From positions 10,850,001 to 10,914,000 of the forward strand of contig OX442314.1 in NCBI GenBank assembly GCA_949358305.1: a stretch of 64,000 nt of DNA, written 5' to 3'. This stretch comes from Strigamia acuminata (Eukaryota). Below are positions 48,523 to 61,200 of the stretch, in pieces; position 1 is the stretch's first letter; each line of letters starts with the position of its first letter. A program made the translations under genes and the position numbers. The notes below the pieces were generated by a model, which saw only the letters and a program-made list of their open reading frames with translations, was not told the origin of the DNA and did no database searches.

Positions 48523-48745
48523 CAGTCCAATAATAAATGTTGCTAAATTAAGGCTTTGTCTAATTTCTCAATCGCAGTACTTCAAAGATAAAAAATATGA
48601 CACTAGATGTCCCACACCTTACACAGTTTTTCTGTTCACCCGTATCCCTGCTTAAACCGAAGTTTTTTGCTACTACAGAGTGGAGTTATTTTCTTTTTTT
48701 ATTCTTACGAACAGCCTTAATTTAGCAACATTTATTGATTTACTG
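48523..48745. mobile_element. Small MITE (duplicate of 29739..29961)
   Basis: Same TIRs at offset 18784. Confidence 0.7.
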
Positions 48746-48938
48746 TAATTATAATTTTGCTTTATTTTACTAGCAAAATTTGAATTTAACGTAACTCACT
48801 ATCGCGCATCTGTATTCTTGCCACTCTAGCCAGGCGTGAGTAGTGCATCTGGACACTGCTTTGCCATTTAACAATTGTGGATAGTTGACCATATTATGTC
48901 GTTATTTTTTGTATCAACTGGTTAAAATCACGAACGAC

Positions 48939-49175
48939 CAGTACACCGATAAGGGCAGCGGCGGTTTGCAGAATATCCATTTGGGAGGGTTTATCGTTAT
49001 TTGTACGATTGAAGATCTTGTTTACTTACCCGCGTGTCCTATTGGATATACTCGTCATTTTGCCTCGTTTTACGAAAGTTGTGAGATTTTCTATTGCGCG
49101 CATTACGGCGCAAAGGCCATTAAAATAGAGTTGCAATTGCTCAAGCCGCCAACTTTTATTGAAGGTGAAAGTTAA
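48939..49175 (+). pseudogene. MPEG1-like C-terminal fragment (duplicate of 30155..30391)
   Basis: Identical translation. Confidence 0.7.
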
Positions 49176-50126
49176 AGTTGTCCGTAAAGTATTGCCGAAA
49201 AAATAGCAAGTGTTTGTTGTAAATCTATGTCTTTGATGTAGTTTGATGTACAAAACTGAATAAATTAAAAATGTGATCGGGTAAAATGTGTTCTATTTTG
49301 TTTGCTTAGTCGATTTGCTTTCATTTTATACTTGTCTCTGTAATCTCTAGTTGAGGTATTTTAGTTTCTCTGATTTTGAGTCATTTGTTGGTTCTTTAAC
49401 TTTAGGTGTGTTTGTTAAATTTTGCAAACATAAAATTCACTTCTCAGTATATTGGATGGGCACTACTGAGTTTAGTGAAGAGGGAACAGTGTTGTCATTA
49501 ATTATAAATTCAAAATTCAAAACTTTTCTGTGCTTGATCGAATACTTTTTTCTCAGGTTTGTTGTGATCGAATACTTTTTTTCCTCAAAGGTGTCAACAA
49601 AAATATCTGTAACTTTTTTAAATTTTGTTCAATTTTTTTCATTTTGCTACTAAATTGTAGCATTTGGCTAGGTCTTTTCAGTGAATAAAATGTTTTGTTC
49701 ATAAATTATTACTTAAACTGCAAAAAAAATGATTTTGTGTTCAAATGAGCTCATGTGGTAGCTGATCGAATACTTTTTGCCAGGGGTTGTACGTATATTC
49801 TTCATTTTTATAGTTTAATGAAAAAAAAATCTGATTGGGTTTACTAACTTGTAAAACAAAATGAAAAACATTTAAAATTTAAAATTAACAAAATAAAAAC
49901 ATTATTTTTTTTAAAATTAAATTTGAGTATGGAATATAAATAAAACAAAATAAATAAAATATATTAACCGATTCCTTTTTTATATTTCCACTGATATCGG
50001 TGGAAATAGTTTTTCCGTTAAATTATCCGTTACATTAGCCACAATAATAATCCAGTGTGGTTGCGAAATTCAAGAATTAATGCTAAAAAGTTGAAGCACA
50101 ACTTTAAACTACACAAATACACATTT

Positions 50127-52163
50127 TTAATCCAGATAAGTTTCTATTAAATCTGTTTTTTCTTCTTGACTATAACCGCTCCTAACCAGCGGAAGACCGC
50201 GTTGTATCAAGTAATAAAAAGATATGCACCTCATGCAATAACTGATGTCTTGTGAATTGACAACAGAATATTCCACAAATCTTGCCATTAAAAACTCATG
50301 ATATGCCAAGTTGGAATCTGCGCACAAACTGTAAGCGAGGCAAAAGCAAAATTCCTTGAACACAACCATTTCATTTTCCAGTAAAGAATTTCTTTGAGTG
50401 ACACAAATAAGTTCCAAAAAATCGCTATCCAGCTTTCCAGCTTCACACGTATCGATAATTTCAGATATTTTGTAAAAACTAATCAGCACCGGATCTTGAA
50501 GGTCTCCAGCTCCCTGCACCTGTTTTTTAATAAAGTCAAATACAATTTTGTTGGTCTCAAAATTCTCAAACCCCCGCCCAAAAAAACTCGCCAGTCGACA
50601 CAAACTTTCTTCTAATTCGGATGCAACCGCCTCACTCATTTCTTCGGATGCAATTTCGGGAAGCCAGTTTCGAAATGAAGCGACATTTTTGCATTCCACT
50701 GTTTCGCTGGTGAAGTGATGAATGAGAACCGATTTCTTAATCCTGCTTATATCACTCGCATTCGAAAAAGAAAAATTCAAAAATCTATCAAGTTTCGTCC
50801 ACTTGTTCGCACTTATTTCGTTGTGAAGCAACGTGCGACAGATCTCGTTCGCTAAGTAGGAACAATGCTCTTTAAAAGTTGTCATTTCACTCTCAGTCGT
50901 GATGTATTTATTTGCAATCGACTCCAGAAAATCCCAATGAAAATCATACGTTTTCTTAAAAAGTAAGTGAGCAACACATTTGTCCAAAATGATTATTCTC
51001 TTTTTGATGTCCGTATCGTTAAGCAATAATAAATGGAAATTATCAAAATCTTGCATCTCGCAAAGCATGTAGTGCATGAACGAATATTCAAGCTCGTAAC
51101 AACAATTCCTCATTTCCTCGGGAGCATTTCTCCAAAAACGAATCAAACACACCTTCACTCTGTCTCGTTTGGACCAAGAACGTTGAACAGACATGCTCAT
51201 CGCGTCATAGAAGTGGTCACCCGACACGAACAGGTTTAGAACGCGGCTAGACTTGGGCGTGAACGAATGCGTGTGCAAAAAATGTATCAGTACGGGTGCG
51301 AGAGGTTTCAATCCTAAGAATTCCGAAGACAAAATGGTCCTCATTTGATGCTCGTCCATCTCACCAAGTAGAAAGTTTATGATGCCAATCTCGAATGTGC
51401 AGGAACAATCTTTGTCGTGTGTGTCATCCTCGAAGTGTGAAAGCAAGTCTTCCAATTTACTTTTTTCCCGGATTAGCAGCTTGATGATCGCATTTCTTTT
51501 GTACGGTGTCATGAGTGACCAAAAATACTCAACGCCACATTGGTTTGCGTGGTCTATGGAGAGGGAAAACATTTTGACTTTCATGTTGAAAGGAATCTTC
51601 GAAGAGTCAGTTTTAATCGTCATCCTTTTCCAATATTTGTACATAATCGTTTTTAAGTCTGAGTCCTTTTGTTTGTCGAAAATCTTTTTCCAAATGTTGC
51701 CACATTCGTTCGAAATATCTTCCACGACATCTGCGATGCAACAGACGACGGCGAGGCTGAATCTGGATTCGAACGTCCATTCTTGTAACTCTGAGAGAAC
51801 TCTTGCTGTTTTGGTCATGTCCAGTTGTCCATATATTGACCATTTCGTGCGTTGGATAATGCTTTTCGCTAATTGTCCATCGCCAATAAAAACGTGGGAA
51901 AATAAGAAATTAAGCAATTCCCTCAACTGGTATCCGACGTGCTTCACCAAAGACCTCAACATCAATTTTAACTCGTTCGGAATATAAAATTCATCCACTA
52001 GTTTAGAAACTGCTTCCTCACATTCTGACCATCGCCTTCGACCACTGTCTGCACTGACTTTCTTGCTATTTATTTGAATATTGAAATTATACTTCCATAG
52101 TAAAACCGAAGTTTCTACCAAGGTGATGTGTTGTAGACTCGGCAAGTCCAAAATGGACTTCAT
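50127..52163 (-). CDS. Tandem-family protein, copy 7 (678 aa, chimeric)
   Basis: Intact ORF. Its 3' part matches copy 4, and its 5' part shares the IG-DGQLAKSIIQRTKW deletion allele with the 8042..9941 pseudogene. Confidence 0.85.
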   Translation of the reverse strand: MKSILDLPSLQHITLVETSVLLWKYNFNIQINSKKVSADSGRRRWSECEEAVSKLVDEFYIPNELKLMLRSLVKHVGYQLRELLNFLFSHVFIGDGQLAKSIIQRTKWSIYGQLDMTKTARVLSELQEWTFESRFSLAVVCCIADVVEDISNECGNIWKKIFDKQKDSDLKTIMYKYWKRMTIKTDSSKIPFNMKVKMFSLSIDHANQCGVEYFWSLMTPYKRNAIIKLLIREKSKLEDLLSHFEDDTHDKDCSCTFEIGIINFLLGEMDEHQMRTILSSEFLGLKPLAPVLIHFLHTHSFTPKSSRVLNLFVSGDHFYDAMSMSVQRSWSKRDRVKVCLIRFWRNAPEEMRNCCYELEYSFMHYMLCEMQDFDNFHLLLLNDTDIKKRIIILDKCVAHLLFKKTYDFHWDFLESIANKYITTESEMTTFKEHCSYLANEICRTLLHNEISANKWTKLDRFLNFSFSNASDISRIKKSVLIHHFTSETVECKNVASFRNWLPEIASEEMSEAVASELEESLCRLASFFGRGFENFETNKIVFDFIKKQVQGAGDLQDPVLISFYKISEIIDTCEAGKLDSDFLELICVTQRNSLLENEMVVFKEFCFCLAYSLCADSNLAYHEFLMARFVEYSVVNSQDISYCMRCISFYYLIQRGLPLVRSGYSQEEKTDLIETYLD

Positions 52164-53601
52164 GACTTGAAATTTAAAAAAGAATGTGTTGTTGAATTGT
52201 AAAAATAAAAATATTGATTATTACTTTACAATAATAGTCTTGCCTGCTTTAAACGTCACAATTGTAAATTTAACATAACTCACTATCGCGCATATTCTTG
52301 CCACTCTATAGCTACCGTCTTACCCCGAAAATAAGACCATGGTGTTGTATTCGAATATAATTCCACTCTGGTGTTGTATTCTTTTCAAAAAAGTAAAATT
52401 GTTATTTACTCTTAATAATTTGTATTCATTACGATGATTAAAAAACAAAAAAAGATATATAAATTAACAAAAGCAACAATATACTGTAGTTTTAAATATT
52501 TTTATACAAATCTGAATATAACACCATGGTGTTGTATTTGAAAACAATCAAAAATCCGAATATAACTGATGAGATTCTTTGAGATTGTGTAGGAGCGAAA
52601 GGATTGAGTGGCTACGCGTGGTGATGGTCAAAACGGAAGTGCCCGTGTACAATTTTATTTGCATAAACTACCGTAGGCGCCAGGTGGCGCTACAAAACAT
52701 GTGGTGACACAGAATATCTCAATACTCCCACTCTGTGGTGACACACATAAAAAACAGTTATACATGAATAAAAAAGGTTTAAAAATGGCATGCAAGATAA
52801 AATTATTTTTCAGAGATACACAATCCCATTTTTCCCGCACACCATCGGTGTTTTTCCTTGGCAAGTCCTTTAGTTAGGACATCCGCAATCATGTCATCTG
52901 TTCCGACAAATTTTACAACAATGCGTCCGTTTTTGATGACTTCTCGAACAAAGTGATGTTTTATGTCAATGTGCTTTGTCCGGGAATGATATACCGTGTT
53001 CTTTGACAAATTTAGAGCGCCTTGGTTGTCAGAATGCACAATAGTTGGGCTGGTGTTTTCATCCAATTTCAATTCGTGGATAGCCCGTCTAAGCCATATT
53101 GCTTCCTTTGATGCCATTGACAACGACATGTATTCGGCCTCTGTTGACGATTCCGCGACCGTTGGTTGTTTTTTGCTTGACCAACTAATTGCTCCGCCAG
53201 CTATCGTGTAGACGTATCCTGTGGTTGACCGTCTTGTATCCAGACATCCGGCATGGTCAGCATCTGTGTAGCCGACTAAAGTTGAGTTTTTTAAATTCCC
53301 GTATACCAGTTTGGTATTAATCGTCCCTTTTAGATATCGTAGGATGCGTTTGACTGCAGTCCAGTGGGCTGATCCAAAGTTGGAGTTGTATCTGCTTACT
53401 ACTCCCACTGCTTGCGCAATGTCGGGCCTTGTCGCCTGTGCAGCATACAGCAGGCTCCCGACAGCTTCTTGATATGGGACTCTACTCATTTCGTCCCTTT
53501 CTTGAGTGGTCTTAGGTGCCATTTCGTTTGTCAGTCTTCCATTTGGATCCGTTGGTGTGGCAACAATCGTGCTGTTTTCCATGCCAAAACGTTTTATCAC
53601 C

Positions 53602-56600
53602 TGTAATGTCGTAGCTCTGGAACAATGTCAATAAAGTACACGAACACCGTCATTCATACTCGATTCCTAAAGTGACTCTTTAATCAAGCTTCATCACCTT
53701 TATAGCCTCGGTCACCCTCATTACACAAACACGCCCTCTCGTGGCGACATTCACAAACAACCAAACATCACTATATCACATCCCTTCCCCCTCACAATGA
53801 CATAAGCTATTTCATAACAAGTTCGGAATCAACATCACTATATACATCATAAAATTAGCAAATCAAGTATCAAGTTCATTTTCGTTTCTTTGTCGCTTTC
53901 GCATTCGTGTATCGATCTGGTTCTCGTCGCTCACGTACTGGCCTCATTCGCTCCGGAATCACTGGTTGTTGTTCACCGGCCTGCTGGGCAACCGACTGCT
54001 GGACATCAACGTGTTGCTGCTCTTCCACTCTCTCATCCAACCTCTCCTCCTCCTCCAACACCGACTGTTCCGTTTCATCATCTCCCGGCTCATCGGACTC
54101 ACCATCCACATCTCGTTCCATCTTTTTAAAGAACGAGGAATTCCTCACCACCTGGTACTGTCCTCGTTTTGCCGTGATTCGTGAACCTTCAACCTTCACC
54201 ACTGTCAACAACTCAGGATCATAAGGGGTCATTAACTTATTCAATTTTCGCCTTTTTACTAACACTTGGTCTCCAACCATCAAACCATGCGAGCACGTTC
54301 TCCTCCGTCTATCTGCCTTCACCTTCATCCTTTCCTTCTCGCTCTCATCTCGCTGTCTCACCACCTCATCATTCATTTTCCCAAAATTCTGCGGCAGTCT
54401 AGTCTGTAACGCTCGCTGGTACAGCAAATTCGCTGGTGCCACCCCTGTTGTCGAATGTGGGGTCGCTCGATAATTCAATAGGAATTCATGAATCTCTTTA
54501 TTCCATACTCTCCCCTCCGTCACAGCTGTCAGTACTGCCTTATTTAAAGTTCGCATCATCCGCTCCACTTCTCCATTCGCCTCGGGCCACAGCGGAGTCA
54601 CTCTTCTATGTCGGATTCCAAAACCTTCCATAAAACCCCGTACCTCCTCCGACGCAAACGGAGGACCGTTATCCGACTTAATTTCCTCCGGGATCCCCAA
54701 CTCCGCAAATCTCTTCTCGAGAACCGGTATTATCGTTCTCGCTGCTGTTGAATTCACCTCGTCCACGAATGGAAAACGTGAGTATTCGTCCACCGTCACC
54801 AATAACATTCTGCCATCTGGAAACGGTCCTAGAAAATCTATCGCCAACCTCTGCCATGGCCTCTCTGGCAGCACAGTCATCTGTAACGGTTCCCTCCTCA
54901 TGACCACCAAACTGGCCTGACACGGCACACATTGTGCAATTCTCTTCTCTACCCGACTGTCAATGCCTGGAAACCACACCTTTTCTCTCAATAACCTCTT
55001 AGTTTTCACCACCCCTTGGTGCCCTCTATGAGCGAGCTCCACCACCCTTGACCTCAACGACTCCGGAATCAGAATTCGATCACCTCGCAACAACACACCA
55101 TCTTCCGTACTCGTTATCTCATCTCTCATCGTCGTAAACGGTCTCAAACGTTCATCTTTCCACACTTCCTCCTCTCCCACTCCATACAAAGCTTTCCTCA
55201 ACAGCTGTAGAGTCCCATCTGCCACAGTCTCTCGAATCACTTCCTCTCTCGTCATCGTCACCGGCAAACGCGTTTCCGCCACAAAATTCACATAACGTTC
55301 CACTACTCTCTCTGTCGAACCACCCTGTGCTCCCGGATGCCGTGATAAATAATCACTCGGGTTCGTGGCTCCTGCTGTATGTCGGACCTCGAATTCGTAT
55401 TGTTGTATGCGGAGACACAGACGTTCGATCCTCGCCGATGGTCTTGCTCTACGGTTGCTAAAGATGCTAACCAACGGCTTATGATCAGTAAAAATCACAA
55501 ACACCGTACCATATAAATACAAATAGAAATGTTCCACCGACCAAACAACCGCAAGCGTTTCTTTCTCTATTTGTGAATATCGTGTTTCCACTTCCGTTAA
55601 TGCTCTACTAGCGTACGCAACGACTCGCGGCTCTCCTTCTCCCTCTCGCAGCTGCGCCAAAATCGCGCCTAACTCATACGGACCAGCATCGACCGTCAGA
55701 TGTAACTTTGCCGTCGCATCGTAGTAAGCCAAAATCTCCTTATTGCTCAATTCCCGTTTCACATAATCCCATGCAGTCTGATGGTCTGATCCCCACGCGA
55801 ACACGGCACTCTTCTTCGTCAAGTCCCTCAACACCTTCGTTTTGTCCGCCATGTTACGCACAAATCGCGCGCAATAAACAATCATCCCGAGCAAACTTTT
55901 AACCTCCGCCGCATTCTTTGGTGTTTCCATCTTAACCACCGCTTCCACTTTCTTTGGATCCACAGCAATGCCTCGCTCCGAAAACACATGTCCGAAAAAT
56001 GTTAACTCCTTCTTTCCAAACTCACACTTCTGCTTGTTTAGAGTGAGCTTCTTCTCTTTCAGTTTTCGCAACACTCCGTGCAACGCCACCCCATGGTCGC
56101 TATCTTTCTTTCCAACCACGAAAATGTCATCCATAATATTTATGGTGTTATCCACCTCTTCAATCACCTTTTCCACGGAGTCTTGGAAAATCTCTGGCGC
56201 CGAATTCACACCGAAACCCAGCCGCTTAAAACGAAACAGACCCACATGGGTCGCAAAAACCATGTATTGACGCGATACTTCATCTAATTCCAACTGGTGA
56301 AATCCATGGTTTAAATCCAACTTCGAGAACACCGTTGCTCCCTCGGCCATAGAAATAAGATCCTCCAGACGCGGGGACGTGTGCCTAACCCTCTTGATCG
56401 CCCGGTTCACCTCTCTCGCGTCCATGCAAATCCGGATCGCGTCTGGATCCGGGTCCTTCGGTTTGTCAACAACGTGTATCGGTGAGATCCATGACGTGGG
56501 CCCCATCGACTCGTCCACCCGTTCGATGATATCCATATCCACTAGCCGCTTCAACTCCTTTTCCACCTTCCGTCGTAAATTGAATGGTAATGGCCTATAC

Positions 56601-58260
56601 CTTTGAGCCACTGGCGGCACCGACTCGTCCACATGCAAATGAACTTGCCGACCAACCAACTTCCCTACTCCACAAAACAATTCCGGGTATTGGTGCTCTA
56701 TCTGCTCTGTCAAATTCCCTTGTTCGATGCTGTTAACCTCTCCGATCACTCCCAACCGACGCGCTGTCCGATAACTTAATAAAGACTCACCCGGACGATC
56801 AACCACAAACAAATCCACCACCGCATCTTCACCTTCCTTAACCTCCAACTTCGTTCTCATCCGACCCAATAAGGGCAATGGCTCCGTCACTCCATATGGC
56901 AGCAATCGAACATCACTCTTCCTCAACTCCGGTGCTGGTTTCAGTTGCTTGAAAAACTCTCTGCCTAAAATGTCTACTGATGTCCCCGAATCCACTACAA
57001 ACGAAATTTTTACTTTCTGTTTTCCCATCAGCAACTCCACCCTCGGCATTCCTTTCTGCGAACCAACCCGGCCAATACTCCAAATCGGCATTTCATCCTC
57101 AAAACTGTCATCTCGGTAAGACGCCTTATCCACGATGTTAACCTTCTGCTTTACTTCCTCCTTGCTCTCCTGTTTGGATTTACAAAAACGTACAAAATGC
57201 CCAAGTTTCCCACATCCGTGACATTTGACGCTCTTCGCCGGACACACTTGTCCTTCCGCATGCGGCCAACTCCGTCCGCAGTTGAAACATTTCCTAAATT
57301 GTCCGCCTCCTCTCGATAAACCTGCACCACCTCCTCTATCCATTCCTCGTCTAGAACCACCAAACCGTACCAAATTAACATCCAATTCCTCCGAACCACT
57401 CACGACCTCCATTTGTTTTGCCTGCCACTCGGAGACTTCATATCCACGCCCCGTATCCAATAAGTCCTTCAATTTCCACGTTGTTTCTCGCAAACCCCGT
57501 CGACTTAAATGACCCATCGACGTACCCATGATGATCTGGGACTTTATTTCCCTATTCTCATCTGCAAAATCACAACCAACAGTTAGATGTTTCAAACGAG
57601 TGTGAAATTCGTCTATCGACTCTCCCGCCCTCTGGCGGCTAATCCTGAAATTATACGAACAAAATTCGACATTTTTCCTCGGCGTAAAATACGTCGCCAG
57701 TGCGTCCTTGACCGTCTCGTATTTGCTGTCCACCAACGTGAACGTTTCGTAAATCGCATAGACGTCTTCACCCGCATGATGTAGCAACATCGCCGCCTTC
57801 CTCGCGTCATCCGTAATTCCGTAATTCCGTAATTCCAACGCCCGACCCACCTGGTCCATCTCTGGCTCTGCGTGGCTGTCTCTCCATGCACATCAAAACT
57901 CGGCACACCTAATGTTTGTACGAAACTAGCCGATCCCGACGCCACGCCCACCACTGGCTTCGCCTCCGCCATCTTGGAAAAAAAAATCACACGCTTACGG
58001 AAAAGTTCACATAAAATTCGCACCTCACACGCTTTAATCGTCCGTTAAACGTTCTCCGCACAATATCCCGCTCGTCGCCAATGTAATGTCGTAGCTCTGG
58101 AACAATGTCAATAAAGTACACGAACACCGTCATTCATACTCGATTCCTAAAGTGACTCTTTAATCAAGCTTCATCACCTTTATAGCCTCGGTCACCCTCA
58201 TTACACAAACACGCCCTCTCGTGGCGACATTCACAAACAACCAAACATCACTATATCACA
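53602..58260 (-). mobile_element. Ty3/Gypsy LTR retrotransposon (Mag-like), recent
   Basis: Apparently identical 179-bp LTRs at 53602..53780 and 58082..58260; TSD TCACC; PBS TGGCGACGAG; PPT GAGGGGGAAGGGA. Confidence 0.96.
53876..57972 (-). CDS. Gypsy gag-pol (two Cys-His knuckles, protease VDSGT, RT IMDD, RNase H VDAG, integrase), with a frameshift in the N-terminal gag
   Basis: 1327-aa ORF 53876..57859 with PR-RT-RH-IN order. The probable start MAEAKP at 57972 is out of frame because of an 8-bp repeat expansion. Confidence 0.88.
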
Positions 58261-61200
58261 TCACCTTAATGATGTAATTTGATTGGTCTAGACTAATCGT
58301 CCCTCGTTTCCAGTCTCGCGTAAATTTAATTCCGAGGCAGTAATGGGCCTGTCCAAAGTCCTTCATTTCAAATTTCAAACACAAACTGGCTTTGATTCGA
58401 TTTTTGAGCGCCGTCACACTCGAGAAAATGAGTAAGTCGTCAACGTAGACTGCAACAATGACAATCCCTTTTTCTTCACGCACAATGTAAACACAACTGT
58501 CGAAATCACAGCGAACCAAACCGATGTCCAACAAGCCCCGGTCGAGGAGCTCGTACCAGGCACGCCCGGCCTGTTTCAGTCCATATATTGCCTTTTTCAA
58601 GCGACAGTATTTTATTTTTCCAGGCTGTTTGTCAAGTCCCTCCGGTTGTTGCATGTAGATTTCTTCCTTTAATTCGCCGTGAAGAAAAGCCGTCACTGCA
58701 TCCATTTGGTCTATTTCCCACGCGTTTGCGGCTGCCATCGCCAAAAGCAACCGCAAAGTTGTATATTTGACCACTGGTGAGAACGTTTCATCATAGTCTA
58801 TACCGTTGATCTGGGAGCAGCCACGTGCTACTAAGCGGGCTTTGTACCGCTCCACAGTTTCATCTGCCGTTCGTTTGATTCTAAAGACCCAGCGACAGGA
58901 AATCGGTTTTCGTCCTGGTGGCAGGTCAGCAAGTTCCCACGTCTTGCATTTGTCCATCGAGTCCAGTTCCTCCTTTACCGCCTGTTTCCACTCTTCTGAG
59001 TCGGGGCGTTGCATAGCTTCGCTGTATGAATCTGGATCGTCCCCGGCCTGCTCCATCGCTGTGTAGAGCGCATAATGTTCCGCCAGGCGCCTCGGAGGTC
59101 CGCAGTTTCGTGGTGGGTTGCGTCGCAACTGCTGTGGTGCAGGCTCGTCTGCTACAGCACCGTCGTCCTCGTCCTCGGATTCAAAAACTTCATTTGCGCC
59201 AGTTACATCAATTTCATCATTTTCGATCGCATCCACTGCTTGTGTATTGTTGCAGTGTTGATCGGGGGCAGCGAGTTCAATTGTTTCCTCGCCGTCGTGC
59301 GCAGTATTGTCATTTCCGCTTACAGGCGCCAAAATTTTGCTATCATGTCTAATCGTTTCTGCAAAAACATAGAAAGAGTCATTCATTTGGTCAGAGTTCG
59401 TATTATTCCCGGTGCTTGTGCTTTCATCAAACACAACGTCACGTGATATCGTTATTTTCTGAGTGGTGGTATTAATCAGTCGGTACCCCTTTGTTGTCTC
59501 GCAATATCCCATTAAAGTCAATTTTTCACTTTTCACGCCCCATTTCCGGCGTTTTTCTTTTGGAATGTGAGAATGCGCAACACATCCGAAGGTGCGCAAA
59601 AAACCAATGTTGGGTATTTCACCACTCCAAACTTCCTCTGGAGTCATGTCTCGAACTGCTGCTGTTGGCGACCGATTTTTTAAATACGTTGCTGTTACGA
59701 TGGCTTCTCCCCAGTACTGGTTGCCTAGCGACGCGTCCCTCAGCATTGATCTCGCCTTTTCCACCAGCGTCCTGTTCGTTCTTTCCGAGACGCCATTTTG
59801 TTCCGGCGTGTATGGCACCGTCAATTCGTGCACAATTCCATTTTGTGCCATATAATCTTTAAATTCGTTTCCGACGTATTCCTTGCCATTATTGGTTCGA
59901 AAACGCTTGATGTTTTGCCCTGAATTCTTTAAATTTTCCAAAAACTTCATTTTTGTGTTTCAACAAATAAACAAATGTCTTTCTCGAGTGATCATCAATA
60001 AACGTTAAGAAATATCTCGCACCGCCCATTGTTGCATTCGTCATTGGTCCGCACACGTCAGAGTGCACAAGGTCCAATTTTTCATCCGATCAAGTAGTTT
60101 TATTTTTCGGAAAAGGCATTCGATGTTGTTTACCTTTCAAACAGGCCTCACAAATTTTGATCGAATCCGGTTCTTTATTTGAGACATTAAAACCGTTGAC
60201 CATGTTGCGCAAAGTTTTCATTCCACCATCACTCAGGTGTCCGAGTCGTCGGTGCCAAAGTTCATTGTCCACGTCGCGAGAAGAGGTTGCACATTCCAAG
60301 TTTCGTCCGCTCTTGCCCGCCGCAACAATGTCCAATCGATACAACTCGTCATGGTCACACGAGGTGGCCAGCATTAAATCACCATTCTTTCTTATCTCGC
60401 ATCGTCCTCTACGAAATCGAATGTCCGCGCCATTTTTTTCAAGTTGTCGAATTGACAATAAATTTTCATCCAATCCAGGCACAAAATACACTTCTCTGAA
60501 TTCCACCATTTCTGGTTTTCCATTTAACAATACAGTCAATTTAACAGTCCCTGTGTGTTCTCCGTAGAGTATTCCACCATTTGCAGTGTTAACCACAATT
60601 TTAGGCACGTTTTTTAAATTTCCAAACTGCTCACGTTGCGACGACATGTGTCGTGACGCTCCAGAGTCCATGATCCAGTCTGTACGTGATGATCTCGTTA
60701 CCATCGCCGATACTGAGACGACCGTTGCAATATACGACTTGTTGGCAGGTTTTTCCGCATTTTTTTCCGCACTTTTCTCCGAATTTTTCGATATTTTTAC
60801 ACGACAGTCCGCTCGTTTGTGCCCAAGCTTGTGACACCTATGGCACTTGATTTGATAAGAGTTATCGTTTCCTTCCCGGCGCTTAAAACGTTCGTTTCCA
60901 ACGCTAGAACTGAGAGCTGCACTAGTCACGTCTTTTTCACGTTTTTGCGCTTCTTGCAGCAACCTCACCTTCACATATTCGGCCGTAATATCCGAGCCGC
61001 AGTTTTCAATCGCCATTATCATTGGCTTGAAGTCGTCTGGAAGTGTGGCTAACAGCATTGCTGCCATCATTTTGTCATCAACTTTATAGTCCATATCGTT
61101 TAGCTGTTGGCCAATTGTGACCTTTTTGCCAATATATTCCGACATGTCCTTGCAGTCGCCATATTTCACGTTTATTAAGTCCGTTAGGAGCGATACCTGG

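Larger units (their letters stand above)
36793..51782. repeat. Near-identical segmental duplicate of ~13260..32998 (lacking the Copia)
   Basis: Constant offsets of 23533 bp before the Copia and 18784 bp after it; only scattered SNPs. Confidence 0.92.
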
